Shown here piece after piece: positions 1-6,749 of a stretch of DNA of 31,061 bases. The notes beneath the pieces were generated by a model. The model did not search any database, had not been told where the DNA came from, and saw only the letters and a program-made list of their open reading frames with translations. Position 1 is the stretch's first letter, and each line of letters opens with the position of its first letter. The stretch lies in the IMG/VR virus record IMGVR_UViG_3300029767_000022, positions 1 through 31,061 of that record. One strand, written 5' to 3'. Source of the stretch: a virus. The position numbers and the translations under genes are program-made.

Positions 1-109
1 CTTGTGGGCGTTCTTGGAAGCCGCCTTTACCGGTTGGGTTGTTCACGCCTCCGGTTATTCGTCCGTGGGCGTCTCTGGTTACGTTGCTCATAAGGGGTAT
101 TTTATGCTT
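1..109. repeat. Terminal direct repeat, left copy (identical to 30953..31061); signature of a circular or circularly permuted contig
   Basis: Read base by base: nt 1-109 equal nt 30953-31061. The repeat runs through the 5-prime end of the small-terminase ORF (ATG 31043 = 91). It is therefore an assembly overlap or terminal redundancy. Unique length is 30,952 bp. Confidence 0.95.
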
Positions 110-257
110 TCTTGGGTTTAGTTTGCTGTTGGTGTTGGTTGATGATGGTTTGTATTTCTTCTGGAGTGGTGTTGAGTAGTTGGGCGATGTATTCGGTGTT
201 GTAGTGTTTGCGGTGCCATTGGAGGGCTAGTTCGGTTTTGTGTTGGCTGAGAGGCAT
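102..257 (-). CDS. Small hypothetical protein (51 aa), possible helix-turn-helix, immediately upstream of terS on the circular map
   Basis: Below the 60-aa track cutoff. Hand translation: MPLSQHKTELALQWHRKHYNTEYIAQLLNTTPEEIQTIINQHQQQTKPKKA. AAGGAA lies 5 nt upstream of ATG 257. The stop at 104..102 is 10 nt before the terS start (91 = 31043). Confidence 0.6.
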   Translation of the reverse strand: MPLSQHKTELALQWHRKHYNTEYIAQLLNTTPEEIQTIINQHQQQTKPKKA

Positions 258-266
258 GATGGTTCC

Positions 267-425
267 TTACGCGAGGATGTAGGTTATCAGGAGTTTGAGT
301 AGGGCGATAGTGCCGGTGGTGATGAGGAGTACGGCTAGGGTGATGAGTAGGACGCCGAGAATGCGGCCTAGCTTGTAGCCGGGTGTGGTGTTGCGGAAGT
401 AGTCGAATTCGCTTGGTTTCTTCAT
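267..425 (-). CDS. Small membrane protein (52 aa, one long hydrophobic segment)
   Basis: Hand translation: MKKPSEFDYFRNTTPGYKLGRILGVLLITLAVLLITTGTIALLKLLITYILA. ATGA start/stop overlap with the RusA ORF at 422..425. Confidence 0.6.
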   Translation of the reverse strand: MKKPSEFDYFRNTTPGYKLGRILGVLLITLAVLLITTGTIALLKLLITYILA

Positions 426-871
426 TGGTTTGGTTTCCATGTGATTGTGAGGGATACGCCGGTGGTGGTGTTGTCGGCGTATCGTTTGTGGCTGGTTACG
501 TCGGTTATCTGACAGTCATCATGCCAGATTTGGGTTTCTGTGATGGCGTCGTATAGGGCGCGTTGGAGTTTGTCTATATCGGGTTTGACTGTGGGGTGTT
601 TGCGTTTGGTGGGTGGGATGGTTTTGGGGCGTGGCAGGTAGAACGTGGTTTCTATTTTGATGTATGAGTTGGGTGGGATGGTTGGGTGTTTGTGGCTGAG
701 GATGGTGTCGCGCACGTGGTCGCGCCACGGGCGTTCCTTCTTGTCCATTGGTATGAGGCGGGTGACGGGTTTGCCTGTGGTTCGGCTCCTGCCGGTGATT
801 GGACGGTAGGAGCCTTTACTGGCGGGGATGCCGGGAATGAACAGGCTAAACGAGAATGGTTCGCCGGTCAT
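422..871 (-). CDS. rusA: RusA-family Holliday-junction resolvase (149 aa)
   Basis: C-terminal part of the 366-aa track ORF, starting at internal ATG 871 (MTGEPFSFSLFIPGIPASKG...). ATGA overlap with the upstream stop at 868..871. PDIDKLQRALYDAIT and WHDDCQI fit the RusA acidic catalytic cluster. Confidence 0.85.
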   Translation of the reverse strand: MTGEPFSFSLFIPGIPASKGSYRPITGRSRTTGKPVTRLIPMDKKERPWRDHVRDTILSHKHPTIPPNSYIKIETTFYLPRPKTIPPTKRKHPTVKPDIDKLQRALYDAITETQIWHDDCQITDVTSHKRYADNTTTGVSLTITWKPNQ

Positions 872-1479
872 TGGTTGAGCTCCGCCAAGTCGAACGTTGG
901 TTGCGTTTCCGCTTTGAGCTTGAGCGTGCGTAGGGTGTCGGCACGGTTGCTTTGATGCTTGTATGCTAGTTGGCCTTGGCCGACGTATTTGAAGCGTTGC
1001 CCGCAATTGTGGCAGAACAGCGGGTCTGGGTTGTTCTTGTAGATTTCGAGGATTCGTCGGTAATATTCGGCGTTGTTTTCGGGTTGTCCGTTGATGCAGC
1101 GTCGTGTGGTGTCCGGCCAGATCAACGCTCCGCATCGAGGACAATAGGAGACGGGTGGGATACCGTCCACGGGTTTCGGGCTTGCGGTGATGAACTTCAT
1201 GGGTGTCCAGAAGTCGCCGGTTTTGCTGAGCATGTCCCGGTAGGTTTTGACGAAGCCTATGAGATCGAACGATTCGGCTGTAAGGCAGCATTCGAGAATG
1301 TTGAATTCGTCCATACTGTTGACGAACGCATGGCACTCCAGCAGGTAGAGTAGTGATACCGGGATACTGTTGAGTTCGTTCGCGTCCTCGTAGTCTAGGA
1401 AGGTTATGGTGGTGTCTTCGCGTTCGTCTTCTGGGCAGTTCTGCCAAACTTTGACGTATGCGCGTTTCGTGAATTTCAT
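868..1479 (-). CDS. Hypothetical protein with C-terminal CxxC...CxxC zinc ribbon (203 aa)
   Basis: Track ORF. YCPRCG and CHNCG motifs lie 43 residues apart. ATGA coupling at both ends (868..871 and 1476..1479). No family recognised. Confidence 0.8.
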   Translation of the reverse strand: MKFTKRAYVKVWQNCPEDEREDTTITFLDYEDANELNSIPVSLLYLLECHAFVNSMDEFNILECCLTAESFDLIGFVKTYRDMLSKTGDFWTPMKFITASPKPVDGIPPVSYCPRCGALIWPDTTRRCINGQPENNAEYYRRILEIYKNNPDPLFCHNCGQRFKYVGQGQLAYKHQSNRADTLRTLKLKAETQPTFDLAELNQ

Positions 1480-1787
1480 GATTGCTCCTTTCCCGAGAAT
1501 ACGCCGGTTTGGTAGGCGTCACAGATCATCCGGACGAGTTCGTCTGCCTCTAGTTGGATAAATGGGTACTCGCTCGTATCGATTTCACGGCCAGCAGCCT
1601 GTTTGGGATTCTCGGTTTGTTCCGATTCGGTGATCTTCGATGAGGCCAATAATTCTAGGACTTCATCGGAGACTTTGGTAGTTGATTCGATGATGTAATT
1701 CTTATCTTGCTTGTCAATGTCCATAGCGCTTATGGCCGAGTGTATTGCGTAACGCAGTTGTTGGTCCTCTACGAGATAGCGGGTCAT
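1476..1787 (-). CDS. Hypothetical protein (103 aa)
   Basis: Track ORF 1476..1829 trimmed to ATG 1787 (MTRYLVEDQQ...), which has AAGGAA 6 nt upstream. The longer start would overlap the small ORF 1819..1953. Confidence 0.7.
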   Translation of the reverse strand: MTRYLVEDQQLRYAIHSAISAMDIDKQDKNYIIESTTKVSDEVLELLASSKITESEQTENPKQAAGREIDTSEYPFIQLEADELVRMICDAYQTGVFSGKEQS

Positions 1788-1818
1788 GGTAATTCCTTTC
1801 AATCGGTGGTGACTTGGG

Positions 1819-1953
1819 TCAGTCCGCACATTTCTTCCTTGGTGGCAGACTGTGCACAGCCAGCCTGTATCCGCAGTACGGGCAGGTCACGTAATATGTG
1901 CCCACCGTCTCGCCGCAGTGGGTGCACTCTACATATCGGATTGCCCTGCTCAT
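1819..1953 (-). CDS. Small zinc-ribbon protein (44 aa)
   Basis: Below the track cutoff. Hand translation: MSRAIRYVECTHCGETVGTYYVTCPYCGYRLAVHSLPPRKKCAD, with CxxC-x11-CxxC. ATGA overlap with the upstream stop at 1950..1953. Confidence 0.55.
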   Translation of the reverse strand: MSRAIRYVECTHCGETVGTYYVTCPYCGYRLAVHSLPPRKKCAD

Positions 1954-2147
1954 TTCGTGTCCTTCCAATGTTTTTCACGCCAGTCGGCTACAGCCTTGCG
2001 GTCTTCGTCTGTTAATCCCGCATGGCACTTGAACATGACAAGGCTGAGCGCGAACTCGTAGCCTTTGCTCCACATGTCAGGCACGCCATGCTCATGGTTC
2101 TCGTCGAAGAGGTAACGGCAGTAATCATGCAGTTCGTCAATCGTCAT
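1950..2147 (-). CDS. Hypothetical protein (65 aa)
   Basis: Track ORF with ATGA overlaps at both ends. No recognisable family. Confidence 0.75.
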   Translation of the reverse strand: MTIDELHDYCRYLFDENHEHGVPDMWSKGYEFALSLVMFKCHAGLTDEDRKAVADWREKHWKDTK

Positions 2148-2389
2148 TTCGTGTCCTCGCTTTGATTCGGTACTTCCGTGGGCATGTTGCCGGAATAGTC
2201 GAGCAGGGAACGGCAGTGGTCGGCTGTCTTTTCGTATGCGTTGACTTGTCCCTTCACGACACCGTATGCGGCCTTGTCATGCTGCATCAGAAGAGCGCTC
2301 GCCAGTCTCAGGCCTTCCGCTGCTAACTGTTCGCACCAGTCGATGATCTCGTTGAGCGTCTTGTCTTTCTCGGTGACGTTCGCTGCCAT
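2144..2389 (-). CDS. Hypothetical protein (81 aa)
   Basis: Track ORF. It abuts the SSB stop codon (2390..2392). No recognisable family. Confidence 0.75.
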   Translation of the reverse strand: MAANVTEKDKTLNEIIDWCEQLAAEGLRLASALLMQHDKAAYGVVKGQVNAYEKTADHCRSLLDYSGNMPTEVPNQSEDTK

Positions 2390-2845
2390 TTAGAACACGT
2401 CCCATTCGTTGTCGGTCTGGTTGAGCGAGTTGGTCGGGCCGAACGTGTCGGTTCCCGTCCACTGGTTGCCGGTCTGCTGGTCTTGCTGAGGCTGCTGGTT
2501 CTTGGCTTTGAGCATGGCGAGGCTGATGGTCGCGTGTTCGATGATGAAGTCGGTGCGCGGCTGCCCTTGGTTGTCGGTGTCGGTCTTCCATTTCAGGACA
2601 CCCTCGACCCTTACCGGTGTGCCCTTGCGCAGCATGCGTTCGTAGGTTTCCGCAAGTCTCAGGTCATACTCGAATATGGTCGCCCACATGGTGTTGTGGT
2701 CTACCCACTGTTTTGTGGTCTTGTCCATGTGTCCGCCTGTGGCGGCGACTTGGATAAGCATGTAGGGGGTGCCGTTGCGGGTCTGTTTGCGTTCGGGGTC
2801 TGCCGCCAAGCGTGCGATCGGCAGTGTGATTCTTGGATCATTCAT
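2390..2845 (-). CDS. ssb: Single-stranded DNA-binding protein
   Basis: 151 aa. N-terminal OB-fold-like pattern (ITLPIARLAADPERKQTRNGTPYMLIQVAAT...VRVEGVLKWKT), a Gln/Gly/Asn-rich linker, and an acidic-aromatic C-terminal tip DNEWDVF typical of bacterial/phage SSB. Confidence 0.9.
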   Translation of the reverse strand: MNDPRITLPIARLAADPERKQTRNGTPYMLIQVAATGGHMDKTTKQWVDHNTMWATIFEYDLRLAETYERMLRKGTPVRVEGVLKWKTDTDNQGQPRTDFIIEHATISLAMLKAKNQQPQQDQQTGNQWTGTDTFGPTNSLNQTDNEWDVF

Positions 2846-3020
2846 CGTTGATCGTTGCTCCCATGGGTAGTGGTGTGATGTCGGGGTTGAAGTAGTAGCG
2901 GTTGCCTACCTTGATGTATGGCAGTCGTTTCTCACGGCAGTATCTGCGGACCGTCTGGATGTTGAGGTGCCATCGTTCCGCGTACTGCTCCGTCGTTGCG
3001 GTGTAGTCTCTAGCGTACAT
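2838..3020 (-). CDS. Small helix-turn-helix DNA-binding protein (excisionase/MerR-like HTH, 60 aa); first gene of the leftward arm
   Basis: The pattern EQYAERWHLNIQTVRRYCREKRLPYIKVGNRYYF matches the Xis/MerR-type HTH (…T.rr....G.lp..k.G.r..F). No Shine-Dalgarno precedes ATG 3020, and a predicted promoter places +1 on the A of the ATG. Confidence 0.8.
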   Translation of the reverse strand: MYARDYTATTEQYAERWHLNIQTVRRYCREKRLPYIKVGNRYYFNPDITPLPMGATINDE

Positions 3021-3026
3021 GATTCA

Positions 3027-3055
3027 AATATACATCAGATTATTCTTGATTGCAA
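3027..3055 (-). promoter_or_regulatory. Candidate leftward promoter (leaderless transcript for the HTH gene)
   Basis: On the minus strand: -35 TTGCAA (3055..3050), a 17-nt spacer, and -10 TATATT (3032..3027). Standard spacing puts +1 at 3020, the A of the ATG. Confidence 0.4.
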
Positions 3056-3078
3056 GTAGTATGTGCTAGCTATATAAT
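3050..3078 (+). promoter_or_regulatory. Candidate rightward promoter of the replication-initiator operon
   Basis: -35 TTGCAA (3050..3055), a 17-nt spacer, and -10 TATAAT (3073..3078), embedded in an alternating AT tract TATATAATATATATAT. The -35 hexamer is its own reverse complement and is shared with the leftward promoter. Confidence 0.55.
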
Positions 3079-3141
3079 ATATATATGCGCACTGGTTCCG
3101 GGCGCACCAATATCAAATAAGATAGTAATAGGAATAAAGTA

Positions 3142-3173
3142 AGCGCCTCCCCGTGGAAACTGAGGGAGGCGCT
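3142..3173 (-). terminator. Perfect 10-bp GC-rich hairpin; reads as an intrinsic terminator on the minus strand and as a 5-prime-UTR stem-loop on the plus strand
   Basis: AGCGCCTCCC (3142..3151), a 12-nt loop, then GGGAGGCGCT (3164..3173). On the minus strand it is followed by TACTTTATTCCTATT (U-rich). On the plus strand no T tract follows, and it ends 18 nt before GTG 3191. Confidence 0.45.
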
Positions 3174-3190
3174 AACAGAAAGGTGGAAAC

Positions 3191-4099
3191 GTGTCCGATA
3201 CGAGTATAGCACAGAACTCGGGTTTTTCGATGCTGCCGAATTGGGCGGTGGATGATGACAGGTTGGGTGCCTACGATCTGCTGGTGTATATGGCGCTGAT
3301 ACGTCACGCCGACAACACCGGGCTCTGCTGGCCTAGTTTGGAGAGGCTGGCGAAGGTCGCGCGTTGCTCACAGCCCACGGTATCCAAGAGCCTCAACGTG
3401 CTGGAACAATTGGGGTACATTCGACGGGTCAAGTCCGATGGCAGGGCCAACCGGTATCACGTCTCGCTGTGGAAGCCCACCCCAAAACAGGGTTATGACC
3501 ATGCACCGACCCCAAAACCTGCTTTTGACCATGCACCGACCCCAAAACCTGCTTTTGACCCCCCAAAACCTGCTTTTGACCCACCCCAAAACGAGGTTTT
3601 GACTAACAATACCCAAGAGAATAAAACCCAAGAACAATACTCGCGCGACAAAGAAAAAATTACAGTCGCCTGCCATTCGGTGGATACCCTCAAGGCTCTT
3701 ATGGCGTTGTGGCCAAAGAAGTGCAGGGTGTCTAACGAATTCCTCATGTATTTCAATACGGCTTACGACGAGGTTGGTGCCGATGCGCTTATGAGAGCGG
3801 CGAAGCGTTTCGTGAAATCCTGCGAGGGTACGCCATTGCAGTATGTGCGGACTCTGCCCATGTGGCTGGCCGACTCGGTTAATTGGAGGGTCCAGAAGCC
3901 GGAGCAACGCAGCGAAGCCAAGTTAACGAATTGGATGGCCCATAGGCTTCCCGATTCCATGTCCGCCGACGTGGCGACCGTTCTGCGTGCGAGGCGTGTG
4001 TATTGGGGTGCCACCGGTGGTGTGGAGGCTTTGGAAATGGAATTCTTCCCAGACGAAGTTAAGAATGTGGGCAATTTGCAACAAGAACCAACAGTGTGA
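3191..4099 (+). CDS. Replication initiator-like protein, N-terminal winged-helix DNA-binding domain (302 aa, GTG start)
   Basis: The N-terminus (LPNWAVDDDRLGAYDLLVYMALIRHADNTGLCWPSLERLAKVARCSQPTVSKSLNVLEQLGYIRR) fits the helix-turn-helix replication/DnaD-type phage initiator pattern. A Pro-rich repeat linker DHAPTPKPAF x2 follows. RBS AAAGGTGG precedes GTG 3191. Confidence 0.75.
   Translation: MSDTSIAQNSGFSMLPNWAVDDDRLGAYDLLVYMALIRHADNTGLCWPSLERLAKVARCSQPTVSKSLNVLEQLGYIRRVKSDGRANRYHVSLWKPTPKQGYDHAPTPKPAFDHAPTPKPAFDPPKPAFDPPQNEVLTNNTQENKTQEQYSRDKEKITVACHSVDTLKALMALWPKKCRVSNEFLMYFNTAYDEVGADALMRAAKRFVKSCEGTPLQYVRTLPMWLADSVNWRVQKPEQRSEAKLTNWMAHRLPDSMSADVATVLRARRVYWGATGGVEALEMEFFPDEVKNVGNLQQEPTV
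3476..3592 (+). repeat. Iteron-like direct repeats inside the initiator gene (candidate origin of replication)
   Basis: There are two exact 30-bp units GACCATGCACCGACCCCAAAACCTGCTTTT (3497..3526, 3527..3556) and one 21-bp unit GACCCCCCAAAACCTGCTTTT (3557..3577). Further CCCCAAAAC cores lie at about 3478 and 3583. An AT-rich stretch follows at 3593..3663. Confidence 0.6.
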
Positions 4100-4118
4100 T
4101 ATAATATCTATATCACAC
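4076..4118 (+). promoter_or_regulatory. Extended -10 promoter overlapped by palindromic operator (copy 1)
   Basis: -35 TTGCAA (4076..4081), an 18-nt spacer, and TGATATAAT with -10 at 4100..4105. The palindrome is GTGTGATATA-atatc-TATATCACAC (4094..4118), with perfect 10-bp arms. Confidence 0.6.
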
Positions 4119-4138
4119 ATTGCATGGAAAGGATGCAT

Positions 4139-4537
4139 ATGAAAATCTACACAAACCGATACCACGACTTTACCCCGTCACAAGGCATACCGGTACGCAT
4201 AACGTACGGTTCGCCACGATGGCGACTTTCGTACACAATCGCAGCATCGGCGAAAACAGTGACGCCGGGCCGATGGTTCACGGAAGGAACCGACGAAGAA
4301 TTCACCGAACGGTATCGTGCCATGCTGGACTCACACGGGGTCGCCCGCATCAGAACGGAACTTGAAACGATATCGCAACTCAACGGAGGTAAAGACATCG
4401 TGCTTCTATGCTTCGATGACGTAAAAAAAGGCTTGTGCCACCGAACGATTTTCGCCCAATGGTGGCAGGAAAAGACCGGTGAAGAAGTCAAGGAATTACA
4501 AAAAGGTTTGGAGGCCGATCAAAATGTGCTATTCTAA
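4139..4537 (+). CDS. DUF488-family protein (132 aa)
   Basis: MKIYTNRYHDF...IPVRITYGSPRW...VTPGRWF...EEFTERYRAMLD...DIVLLCFDD...CHRTIFAQWW matches the DUF488 signature (MxIYTxxY ... ISxxxPxW ... LAPs ... Y...L ... vLLCyE...CHR..va.WL). ATG 4139 lies 5 nt after GAAAGGA. The track start 4124 is less likely. Confidence 0.85.
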   Translation: MKIYTNRYHDFTPSQGIPVRITYGSPRWRLSYTIAASAKTVTPGRWFTEGTDEEFTERYRAMLDSHGVARIRTELETISQLNGGKDIVLLCFDDVKKGLCHRTIFAQWWQEKTGEEVKELQKGLEADQNVLF

Positions 4538-4551
4538 TGACCGTTGCTATT

Positions 4552-4624
4552 CCGCCCCTAGCTCACCGGATAGAGCGCCCAATCTCGAATTGGGAGGCAC
4601 CAAGTTCGACTCTTGGGGGGCGGT
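4552..4624 (+). tRNA. tRNA-Arg (anticodon UCG), 73 nt, CCA not encoded
   Basis: Cloverleaf folded by hand. Acceptor stem CCGCCCC/GGGGCGG, then T8 A9. D arm GCTC-ACCGGATA-GAGC. Anticodon arm CCCAA-TCTCGAA-TTGGG. Variable loop AGGCA. T arm CCAAG-TTCGACT-CTTGG. Discriminator T4624. All stems are Watson-Crick. Position 33 is C, not U. Confidence 0.85.
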
Positions 4625-4627
4625 CTG

Positions 4628-6034
4628 ATGGCAGGTTTCAACTCACCGTCCATACTGTTCCTCAACACTTGGGATAAGCCAGAACGTGATTGGAACGGGA
4701 ATCTGTTTAGGCAGGCACTCGCGTCAGGGTATACGCGATACGTCGAACTGTACGCCGGAGCCTTCGCCAACTGCATGGTCGCCGTGGAGAACGGTTGGAA
4801 ACCGGAGCAAATCGAGGCGTGCGACGTGTGGGCGTACACCGCAGCGCTCGGATATGCGTACAGCGGGACGCCTCTCACCGAAATGCGGGCAACCGTTGAC
4901 GGTTCACCAGTCCCGCTCTCAGGAAACGCAGCGGATGACGCGGCTACCGTAATCTTGGCGCAATACCGTATGCGTCTCAGCAAGCACGACGATATCGATT
5001 ACTACCGTGAACTTCTGTCTGATCTTGACATCAACGGTTCGGAACACGTCGGCCAGCTACGGGAGCGAATCGCGGCGAATATGGTCAAGTTGGGGGGGCT
5101 GAGATACGAGCCCACCGACCCGATGAAGTATGCGGAACGCGTTATGGACGACCCGCACGCCATCGTGTTCGCCAATCCCCCTACGTATCCGGGAGCTTAT
5201 GAAAAGTTCTTCGAGACCGGGGGGAGGTTCCAATGGGCGGAACCTGAATACAACGTGTTCAATGCTCCCGTTGATATTCCCAAGCTCTGTAAGCTGTTCG
5301 ATGGGCGTAAGGCGTTGCTGATCTGCCAGCAGCAGCAAACGCCCGGAAACGCCGCAACTGATAGCCCGGTCTACGCTAGGCGTCTGGGTTTGGACAGTGT
5401 GATTTACATGAATTCCAACCGTCCGAACGAGGTCAAACGTCTTGTCGGCGGGAACATGGTGACTGTGGCGGCGTCGAAATCGGCGGAGATACCGATACCG
5501 ATATTGCCCAGAGATCATCAGATTACCGAACGTTCCGAAATCAAGGTCGTACCGTTACGTGATAGTACGGTACAAGACTCGTATCTGCAAGTGATGCGGC
5601 ATAGGATATCGGGAAACGTGAGCCCGATGTGTGTTCTCGTACTAATCGACGGTTACGTTGCCGGGATCATCGGATATGGTTTGCCAAATCCCATGTACAC
5701 GATTCGCTACGCGGTATTGCGTCAAGCATTCGGGGTATCCCACAAACGGTATCGGCTTACGAAGCTGGTCACGATGATAGCGTTACGTCGTTCCACGTTC
5801 CAGCTCTGCGCTAAGCCCAAGACGCAGATACTCGTCGATGCGTGCGATGGGCTGGCAACCGTTGAGTACACGCGATATCCCGAATCCAAGGGACTTCGCG
5901 GCCTGATGAAACTGGACAGACGTGACCGTAAGAACGGACAGTATCAATTGCAGTATAAGAGCGATTGGCACGAAGAGATCGGCTTAAGGAACATTCTCGG
6001 ACAGTTCCTAGCCAAAGAGAACAGGAGGAGATAA
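4628..6034 (+). CDS. Two-domain protein: N-terminal Dam-family (D12-class) adenine-methyltransferase-like domain with atypical NPPTY motif, plus about 170-aa C-terminal domain of unknown function (468 aa)
   Basis: Three landmarks align with E. coli Dam at nearly the same residue numbers: YVELYAGAFA (aa 38-47; Dam LVEPFVGAGS), IVFANPPTYPG (aa 179-189; Dam VVYCDPPYAPL), and ALLICQQQ (aa 229-236; Dam PVLISNHD). The start is set at ATG 4628 because the track start lies inside the tRNA. The C-terminal part (…CVLVLIDGYVAGIIGYG…RLTKLVTMIALRR…) is unassigned. Confidence 0.7.
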   Translation: MAGFNSPSILFLNTWDKPERDWNGNLFRQALASGYTRYVELYAGAFANCMVAVENGWKPEQIEACDVWAYTAALGYAYSGTPLTEMRATVDGSPVPLSGNAADDAATVILAQYRMRLSKHDDIDYYRELLSDLDINGSEHVGQLRERIAANMVKLGGLRYEPTDPMKYAERVMDDPHAIVFANPPTYPGAYEKFFETGGRFQWAEPEYNVFNAPVDIPKLCKLFDGRKALLICQQQQTPGNAATDSPVYARRLGLDSVIYMNSNRPNEVKRLVGGNMVTVAASKSAEIPIPILPRDHQITERSEIKVVPLRDSTVQDSYLQVMRHRISGNVSPMCVLVLIDGYVAGIIGYGLPNPMYTIRYAVLRQAFGVSHKRYRLTKLVTMIALRRSTFQLCAKPKTQILVDACDGLATVEYTRYPESKGLRGLMKLDRRDRKNGQYQLQYKSDWHEEIGLRNILGQFLAKENRRR

Positions 6035-6744
6035 TGGCCGATGTCGACACGTCGCAAGAAATGACCATAGCCGACGGTTTGGTAATCAAGTGGGTTGCCG
6101 TGGTCGATCTCAAGGAACAAGACCTGAACGCGCAGGTCATGGAACCACGTAAGTTCGACGCGCTGACCCAGAACATCAAGCTACGAGGGATGTTGGAGTC
6201 ATTGCCGTACTGTTCGCAACCGAACGGAGAAGGGCCGATAAGTATTGTTTCCGGCCATCATCGTACGAGAGCCGCCGCCCGCGCCGGTATCCAACGTATC
6301 CCGGTTATCGTGGACACGAAGCCTATGACACGTTCCACCATAACGGCGAAGCAGATAGCCGCCAACGAACTCACCGGCCACGCCGACGAGAAACTGTTGG
6401 CGCAGCTGGTCACTCAGATGGACAACGTAGACGACTTGTTGCTCAGCGGACTCGATCAGGACAGCCTACCGCACGTCGAACCGCAGCAAGTCAACCTGAA
6501 CGGTTTGAATGTGAAGTACGAGTATAAGGACGTGGAGTTTTTGTTTCTGCCCCGCGAATACGAAGAACTTGAACAGTTCGTGGATGATTGCAACTCGGAT
6601 ATGCTCGGGTTGGTGCCTATGGAATTGTACGACGAGTTCGTGCATCAGGTGACATCGTTCGCTTCACGTAACGGGATCAGGAATATGGCTGCTGCGGTAT
6701 CCAAGATCATCGATATAGCGAGGAAAGACGCCGAGGAAGAGTGA
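6034..6744 (+). CDS. ParB/Srx-like nuclease-domain protein (236 aa)
   Basis: PISIVSGHHRTRAAARAGIQRIPVIV is the ParB N-terminal (ParBc) GxxR box. ATG 6034 is preceded by AGGAGGAG and overlaps the upstream stop (TAATG 6032..6036). Confidence 0.85.
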   Translation: MADVDTSQEMTIADGLVIKWVAVVDLKEQDLNAQVMEPRKFDALTQNIKLRGMLESLPYCSQPNGEGPISIVSGHHRTRAAARAGIQRIPVIVDTKPMTRSTITAKQIAANELTGHADEKLLAQLVTQMDNVDDLLLSGLDQDSLPHVEPQQVNLNGLNVKYEYKDVEFLFLPREYEELEQFVDDCNSDMLGLVPMELYDEFVHQVTSFASRNGIRNMAAAVSKIIDIARKDAEEE

Positions 6745-6749
6745 TTACA

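Noticed and set aside
422-1522. 366-aa minus-strand track ORF
   Set aside because: Only its last 149 codons (RusA, from ATG 871) look like protein. The upstream 217 codons are Arg/Pro/His/Thr-rich low-complexity sequence in an alternative frame of the well-formed ORFs 868..1479 and 1476..1787. Those two ORFs are linked by ATGA overlaps.
3113-3307. 64-aa minus-strand ORF across the switch region
   Set aside because: It spans the hairpin, RBS and start of the initiator gene and has no RBS of its own. The region is better explained by regulatory elements.
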